DNA of 61,978 nt, filler included. It is 11 parts of 11 records of this genome, joined end to end, with 100 filler letters (N's around TTAATTAATTAA, not from the genome) between each part and the next. Parts side by side here need not be neighbours in the genome. Positions count along the whole stretch, not along the records: positions 55,216 to 61,978 come from SRR31147125_197956; 10 more parts are not named here. One strand, 5' to 3'. Shown here piece after piece: positions 56,264-61,978 of the stretch. Made by a program: the position numbers and the translations under genes. Numbering within the stretch: position 1 is the first letter of the stretch; the number at the start of each line of letters is the position of its first letter. Below the pieces are notes generated by a model. It worked only from the letters and a program-made list of their open reading frames with translations, had not been told where the DNA came from and searched no databases.

Positions 56264-57517
56264 TTGGACAAAATAATCATTCAAGGGGGAAATAGCCTGA
56301 AGGGAAGCGTCCAGGTCAGTGGGGCCAAGAATTCCGCTCTGCCTCTGATTTGCGCTACGCTGTTGGCTTCCGGGGTCCACCGCCTTAGAAATGTCCCTTC
56401 TCTTAAAGACATCGATACGGTTGAAAAGCTGTTGTCCTCTCTGGGTGCCGGCATTTCGCGGGAGGGAAATCTTTTTGAGGTGGACGCGAACCATATCAAC
56501 TGCTTCGAGGCTCCTTATGACGTGGTTCGCACCATGCGGGCTTCGGTCCTGGTTCTGGGGCCGCTGCTGGCGCGTTATGGACGTGCCCGAGTAAGTCTTC
56601 CCGGTGGTTGCGCCATCGGTGCCCGTCCTATCAATCTGCATATCAAGGGCCTGGAAGCGCTGGGTGCCAAAATTGATCTGGAACATGGCTACCTGAATGC
56701 CCGTGCCGGGAAGTTGCATGGTGCGCGCATTTATCTTGACGTCCCAACCGTCGGAGGAACGGAAAATCTTTTGATGGCGGCCGCCCTGGCCAAGGGGGAG
56801 TCCCTTCTGGAAAACGCGGCATGTGAACCGGAAATCCCCGAACTGGCCAACGCGCTGATAAGTATGGGCGCGAAAATCGAGGGGGCCGGGACTGACACCA
56901 TCCACATTCAAGGGGTGGACGAGCTTTCCCCACTCGATTTTTCAGTGATGGCGGATCGTATAGAAGCGGGAACATTCATGGTTGCGGCGGCCATGAATCG
57001 TGGTGATATCCGAATCACCGGCGTGGTTCTCGAACATCTGGATGCCCTGACCTCGAAGCTGAGGGAAGCCGGAGTGGTAGTCGAGGAGGAAGAAAACGCC
57101 TTGCGTGTTAAAGGGCCCCGAAAAATCAAGTCTGTCAATATCAAAACCCGGCCCTACCCTGGTTTTCCGACGGATATGCAGGCCCAGTTCATGGCTTTGA
57201 TGACCGTGGGACAAGGGACCAGCGTTATCACGGAAAACGTTTTTGAAAATCGCTTCATGCATGTCTGTGAAATACAGCGCATGGGCGCCAATATCACCAT
57301 CGATGGGAATACTGCCATTGTACAGGGTGTAAAGAAACTCAAAGGGGCTCCGGTGATGGCCACCGATCTGCGGGCCAGCGCCTCTCTGGTGCTGTGCGGG
57401 TTGGCCGCAGAAAATACCACGGAAGTCAAACGTGTCTATCATCTGGATCGCGGTTATGAAAATCTGGAAGAAAAATTTCGCAAACTGGGCGCCGATATCC
57501 GGCGCATTCAGGAATGA
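56264..57517 (+). CDS. murA: UDP-N-acetylglucosamine 1-carboxyvinyltransferase
   Basis: [19 protein letters not shown] and [10 protein letters not shown]. Confidence 0.97.
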   Translation: MDKIIIQGGNSLKGSVQVSGAKNSALPLICATLLASGVHRLRNVPSLKDIDTVEKLLSSLGAGISREGNLFEVDANHINCFEAPYDVVRTMRASVLVLGPLLARYGRARVSLPGGCAIGARPINLHIKGLEALGAKIDLEHGYLNARAGKLHGARIYLDVPTVGGTENLLMAAALAKGESLLENAACEPEIPELANALISMGAKIEGAGTDTIHIQGVDELSPLDFSVMADRIEAGTFMVAAAMNRGDIRITGVVLEHLDALTSKLREAGVVVEEEENALRVKGPRKIKSVNIKTRPYPGFPTDMQAQFMALMTVGQGTSVITENVFENRFMHVCEIQRMGANITIDGNTAIVQGVKKLKGAPVMATDLRASASLVLCGLAAENTTEVKRVYHLDRGYENLEEKFRKLGADIRRIQE

Positions 57518-57540
57518 TTTTTTTGGAATAAACGACTGAC

Positions 57541-58190
57541 GTGAAAAGCTATCTGACCTGTGCCCTTCCCAAGGGGCGGATTTTTTCGACTGTCTGGAAC
57601 TTTTTAAGCGTATCCACGTTGATACTCCAGGGCAGTTGAGCGATTCGCGCAGGCTCATCGTCGCTGATGAAGCCAATAAGTTGAGGTTTGTCCTTGTCCG
57701 GGCGACGGATGTCCCAACCTATGTCGAGTACGGCTGTGCTGATTTCGGCATTGTTGGCAAGGACACTCTTCTGGAACAGAAAAAGGATCTTCTGGAACCG
57801 CTTGATCTGAAATTCGGTTACTGCCGCCTGGCCCTGGCTGCGCCAAAGTTTTCCGCAGTAAGGAAAAAGCTCGAAGAAAAGACCGACATTCTGCGGGTGG
57901 CGACGAAATACCCCCGCATAAGTGAAGATTATTTCGCCGGCAGGGGGATACAGGCTGAGATTATTAAACTTTACGGCTCGATTGAGCTTGCACCTCTGGT
58001 TGATCTGGCGGATTGCATCGTGGATCTGGTTTCAACGGGAGCCACGTTACGTGAAAATGACATGGAAGAGCTGGATACCGTGATCGAAAGTACCAGCCGC
58101 CTGGTGGTCAACCGGGCCAGCCTGAAGACCAGGCAAACCCGGCTGGTGCCTATGATAGAGATGTTGGAAAAAGCCCTGAAAAATTCCTGA
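57541..58190 (+). CDS. hisG: ATP phosphoribosyltransferase, short form, T-run frameshift near 57585
   Basis: ALPKGRI upstream of the shift; DVPTYVEYG, VATKYP and VSTGATL. Confidence 0.92.
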
Positions 58191-58256
58191 CACTATTTTT
58201 AGGGTATGCGTGTTACCAGGCTTGAAAGCCGCTGCCACTGCAAAGGAGTAAATATA

Positions 58257-59581
58257 ATGTCTTTGATTCAGAAGTTGCGTTTTGATGATCCCGGTTTTGA
58301 AGAAGCCCTGGCAAAGATTGCCAACCGTGGAGAAACGGCCCAGGCCGAGGTGATCGATACCGTCCGGGGGATTATTGATTCGGTGCGGCAGCGTGGAGAC
58401 CAGGCGGTTATCGAGTTGACGGCCAAATTTGACCATCTTGATTTGACGCCTGAAACCCTGGAGGTTTCGGAACAGGAAATTGAAGACGCCTACAAAAAAA
58501 TGACCGAAAGGGACATCGAGTGTATCGAGCTGGCTGCGGAAAGGGTATTTGCATTCCACGAGAAACAGAAGGTTGAAACCTGGATCTCCACGGATGAAGA
58601 GGATGTGCTGGTTGGCTCCAAAGTGACGCCCATGGATCGCGTGGGACTTTATGTTCCGGGGGGCAAGGCGGCCTACCCTTCCTCGGTCATCATGTGCGCC
58701 TGTCCGGCCCAGGTGGCCGGGGTCGGCGAAATCGTCATGGCGGTTCCCATGCCGCGCGGCGAGGTGAATCCGTACGTGTTGGTCGCGGCCGATATCTGTG
58801 GTGTGGATCGCATATTCAAGGTCGGAGGCGCCCAGGCGGTCGCAGCTATGGCCTATGGCACCGGGACCATTCCCCGGGTGGATAAAATCGTCGGTCCGGG
58901 CAATATTTATGTGGCCATTGCCAAGGGACAGGTTTTCGGGCAGGTCGATATCGACATGATCGCCGGTCCCAGCGAAATCCTGATTATCAATGATGGCAGT
59001 GGCAATCCGGCCCATCTCGCGGCTGACCTGATGTCCCAGGCGGAACATGATGAGATGGCTTCATCGGTGCTGGTGACCTCGTCGCAAAAAATGGCTGATG
59101 AGGTTTATACCGAGCTGGAGAAACAACTTCCTCAACTGCTGAGGAACGAAATTACTGCCAAAGCCCTGAAAAATTACTCGGCCATCATCGTGGCGGAAAA
59201 TATTGACGAAGCCTGCGATTTCAGCAACCGCATCGCGCCGGAACACCTGGAGCTGGCTGTGGATAATCCTTTCGAACTGCTGCCCAGAATCAGGCATGCC
59301 GGGGCGATCTTCATGGGGCACAACACCCCCGAGGCGATGGGGGATTATCTGGCCGGCCCCAATCATACCCTGCCGACCGGTGGTACCGCCCGCTTTCATT
59401 CCCCCTGTGCGTCGATGATTATGTCAAATATTCAAGCATCATCAACGTTTCACGAAAGGGGCTGGAAAGGTTGGGCGAAGAGGTGATCCATCTCTGCAAT
59501 CTTGAAGGCCTGGAAGCGCATGCCCGTACGATTGCGCTTCGGCTGGGGAAAAAGGTCTGGATCTTTTCAACACATTTTTAA
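58257..59581 (+). CDS. hisD: Histidinol dehydrogenase, C-run frameshift near 59403
   Basis: [15 protein letters not shown] and APEHLE; EGLEAHA in the shifted frame. Confidence 0.94.
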
Positions 59582-59587
59582 AAGGTG

Positions 59588-60181
59588 ATGAGTATGTCCC
59601 GGAAAGCCGTAATTGCCCGCAAGACAGCGGAAACGGATATCGTTCTGGAGCTGGAACTGGATGGGGAGGGGAGTAATTCCATTCAGACCCCGGTTGCGTT
59701 TTTCAACCACATGCTGGCCCAGGTGTCCAAACATGGTTTTTTTGATCTCAGGGTGACGGCCGAGGGGGATGTTGAGATTGACGATCACCATACGGTCGAG
59801 GATATCGGCATTGTTCTCGGGCAGGCCTTCAGGGAGGCGCTTGGCAACAAAGCGGGCATTCGCCGCTATGGTCAGAAAACCGTTCCCATGGATGAGACCC
59901 TGGCTTCGGTGGTGATTGACTTTTCCGGGAGACCTTACCTGGTCTATAACCTCGATCTGCCGAAAGCTAAGGTGGGTGGTTTCGATACCGAACTGGTCAA
60001 GGAGTTTTTTGTCGCTTTTGCCAACCAGGCCGGGGCCAACATCCATGTAAATCTGGCTTATGGGGAAAATCTCCATCACATCATTGAGGCCGTTTTCAAG
60101 GCTTTTGGCCGGGCTCTTGATGAGGCAACTTGTCTGGAGCCGCGGATACAGGGGGTTCTCTCCACCAAGGGAAAGCTGTAA
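59588..60181 (+). CDS. hisB: Imidazoleglycerol-phosphate dehydratase
   Basis: DDHHTVED and [10 protein letters not shown]. Confidence 0.96.
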   Translation: MSMSRKAVIARKTAETDIVLELELDGEGSNSIQTPVAFFNHMLAQVSKHGFFDLRVTAEGDVEIDDHHTVEDIGIVLGQAFREALGNKAGIRRYGQKTVPMDETLASVVIDFSGRPYLVYNLDLPKAKVGGFDTELVKEFFVAFANQAGANIHVNLAYGENLHHIIEAVFKAFGRALDEATCLEPRIQGVLSTKGKL

Positions 60182-60185
60182 AAAT

Positions 60186-60806
60186 ATGATTGTCATCATT
60201 GACTACGGCATGGGCAACCTTCGAAGCGTACAGAAGGGGCTGGAAAAATGCGGTTTCAGCGCCCGCGTGACTGACGACCCCAAGGTCGTGGAAAATGCCG
60301 ACAAACTGGTTCTTCCAGGCGTCGGAGCTTTCAAGGACTGTATGAGAAACCTGCTTGACGGCGGCTTTGTGGAGCCGATTCACAGGCATATTGAGGCCGA
60401 ACGCCCTTTTCTTGGGATTTGTCTGGGTTTGCAGCTTCTTTTCAGTGAAAGTGAAGAATTTGGTACGCATCGCGGTCTGGACATCATTCCCGGCAAGGTG
60501 GTGCGTTTCCCCGAGTCGATGATCGCTGCCGGGGAGGAACTCAAGGTCCCCCACATGGGCTGGAACCGGATTCATCTGCGGAAGATCCCATCGGCTTTTC
60601 AGGGTGTTGAGGAAGGCTCCTTTGTCTATTTTGTTCACTCCTATTATGTGGTGCCGGATGACCCGGAGGTTGTTGCCACGACCACCGATTACGGAATCAC
60701 TTTTTGCTCCAGCATCTGGAAGGACAATGTGGTTGCCTGCCAGTTTCATCCGGAAAAGAGTCAGCAGGTCGGACTGAAAATTTTAAAGAATTTTGGAGAG
60801 ATGTAA
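60186..60806 (+). CDS. hisH: IGP synthase glutamine amidotransferase subunit
   Basis: DYGMGNL, GICLG and QFHPEKS. Confidence 0.96.
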   Translation: MIVIIDYGMGNLRSVQKGLEKCGFSARVTDDPKVVENADKLVLPGVGAFKDCMRNLLDGGFVEPIHRHIEAERPFLGICLGLQLLFSESEEFGTHRGLDIIPGKVVRFPESMIAAGEELKVPHMGWNRIHLRKIPSAFQGVEEGSFVYFVHSYYVVPDDPEVVATTTDYGITFCSSIWKDNVVACQFHPEKSQQVGLKILKNFGEM

Positions 60807-61544
60807 ATGATTGTCATTCCCGCGATCGACTTGAAAAACGGCCAGTGCGTTCGCCTGGAACAGGGCCTGATGGAACGAGACACGGTCTACAACGATAATC
60901 CGGCTGCCCAGGCTGCCATCTGGCAGGAGCAGGGTGGAGAGTTGCTGCATATTGTCGATCTGGATGGCGCTTTTGCCGGGACCCCGCGCAACAGCGAAGC
61001 CATACAGGCCATCGTTGCGGCGGTGAATATGCCGACCGAACTCGGCGGGGGGATTCGGGATTTGCAAACCATTGAGAGTTATCTCGAACTGGGCATTACA
61101 AGGGTGGTTCTGGGTTCGGTGGCCAAGGAAAATCCCGGCCTTGTAGAGGAAGCCTGCCGACTTTTTCCCGGCAGAATAGTGGTCGGAATCGATGCTAAAG
61201 ACGGCCTGGTCGCCATCCACGGCTGGAAGGATGTGACCGAAGAGAAGGCGGTGGATCTGGCCCGAAAGATGGAAAGTTTTGGTGTCGAAGCCATCATTTA
61301 CACGGATATCGCCCGGGACGGCATGATGACCGGACCGAATATCGAGGCAACCCGCCTGCTTGCTGAGGCGATCAGCATCCCGGTTATCGCTTCAGGCGGT
61401 GTTTCATCGCTCCAGGACATCGAAAATCTCCTTGCCATCGAGGATTCGGGCATTCAGGGGGCGATTACCGGTAAAGCGATCTACTCCGGTGCCTTGAACC
61501 TTCGAGAAGCTGTTGCATTAACTAAAAAAAGCCGCCTCAAATAA
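60807..61544 (+). CDS. hisA: ProFAR isomerase
   Basis: IPAIDL and TDIARDG. Confidence 0.96.
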   Translation: MIVIPAIDLKNGQCVRLEQGLMERDTVYNDNPAAQAAIWQEQGGELLHIVDLDGAFAGTPRNSEAIQAIVAAVNMPTELGGGIRDLQTIESYLELGITRVVLGSVAKENPGLVEEACRLFPGRIVVGIDAKDGLVAIHGWKDVTEEKAVDLARKMESFGVEAIIYTDIARDGMMTGPNIEATRLLAEAISIPVIASGGVSSLQDIENLLAIEDSGIQGAITGKAIYSGALNLREAVALTKKSRLK

Positions 61545-61576
61545 ATTGACAGGCGTTTCTTGCCGGGACTGAAAAT

Positions 61577-61978
61577 ATGCTGACAAAACGAATCATCCCC
61601 TGCCTCGACGTCAAGGACGGCCGGGTGGTCAAAGGGGTACAGTTTGTGGAACTGATTGACGCCGGAGACCCGGTGGAAGCGGCGGAAGCCTATGATGCCC
61701 AGGGGGCCGACGAGCTGACTTTTCTTGACATCACCGCCTCCAGCGATAAAAGGAACATCATTCTGGATGTGGTGGCGCGGACAGCGGAGAGGGTTTTCAT
61801 GCCTCTCACCGTCGGCGGCGGCATTCGTGAGATCGCCGATATCAGAAACCTTCTCAATGCCGGGGCCGACAAGGTCTCCATTAATACCGCGGCAGTCCAC
61901 CGTCCCGAGTTCGTGCGTGAGGCGGCGGAACGCTTCGGCTCCCAGTGCATTGTCGTGGCTATTGACGCCAAGCGGGTT
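61577..61978 (+). CDS. hisF: IGP synthase cyclase subunit, 3' truncated
   Basis: [12 protein letters not shown] and [12 protein letters not shown]. Confidence 0.95.
   Translation, partial: MLTKRIIPCLDVKDGRVVKGVQFVELIDAGDPVEAAEAYDAQGADELTFLDITASSDKRNIILDVVARTAERVFMPLTVGGGIREIADIRNLLNAGADKVSINTAAVHRPEFVREAAERFGSQCIVVAIDAKRV

Noticed and set aside
1020-59410. Many frameshifts (REJ gene, RND, mnhG, LPP20, TPR, oxidoreductase, acyltransferase, hisG, hisD) as programmed frameshifting or pseudogenes
   Set aside because: They mostly sit in or near homopolymer runs and occur across unrelated organisms, consistent with sequencing error
32439-61900. Long antisense or alternate-frame ORFs in the track (e.g. 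36012..37460, 35339..36139, 58047..59048)
   Set aside because: Shadow ORFs of GC-rich real genes
1-61978. CRISPR arrays, tRNA/rRNA genes, transposases, stop-codon reassignment
   Set aside because: None recognised by eye; reconstructed exons read through with the standard code

Overview
This window is not one locus. It is 11 unrelated ~5-7 kb assembly contigs joined by artificial N-run/TTAATTAATTAA/N-run spacers, probably from an anoxic-sediment-type metagenome. Many single-base homopolymer frameshifts look like sequencing errors. Contigs 1-3 (1-16265) are eukaryotic. Contig 1 holds a polycystin-1/REJ-like giant Cys-rich surface protein. Contigs 2-3 hold five very intron-dense genes (introns mostly ~45-75 nt): trifunctional-enzyme-alpha/FadJ-like, PI4-kinase III beta, DDX6/Dhh1, Rpn3/PSMD3 and the N-terminus of DNA-PKcs. 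Reconstructing the splicing by hand gave the most striking result: a 56-nt AT-AC (U12-type, minor spliceosome) intron in PI4KB and a second U12-like GT-AG intron in DNA-PKcs. Both carry a TCCTTGAY branch site whose A lies 13 nt from the 3' splice site. Contigs 4-11 are bacterial: MarR-MFP-RND efflux with a shared operator; GH106+GH2; an Mrp/Mbx-type antiporter operon; spirochaete-like TM2/LPP20/TPR genes; lptF, an FAD oxidoreductase, a deleted terC, FTCD and PilZ; a class IV aminotransferase, acyltransferase, RluA and DUF3482-DUF2868; an ABC-ATPase with a small Cys protein facing a ModA-like/hybrid kinase/HD-GYP/PilZ c-di-GMP operon; and prfA-prmC-murA-hisGDBHAF. Family assignments come from recalled motifs, not database searches.
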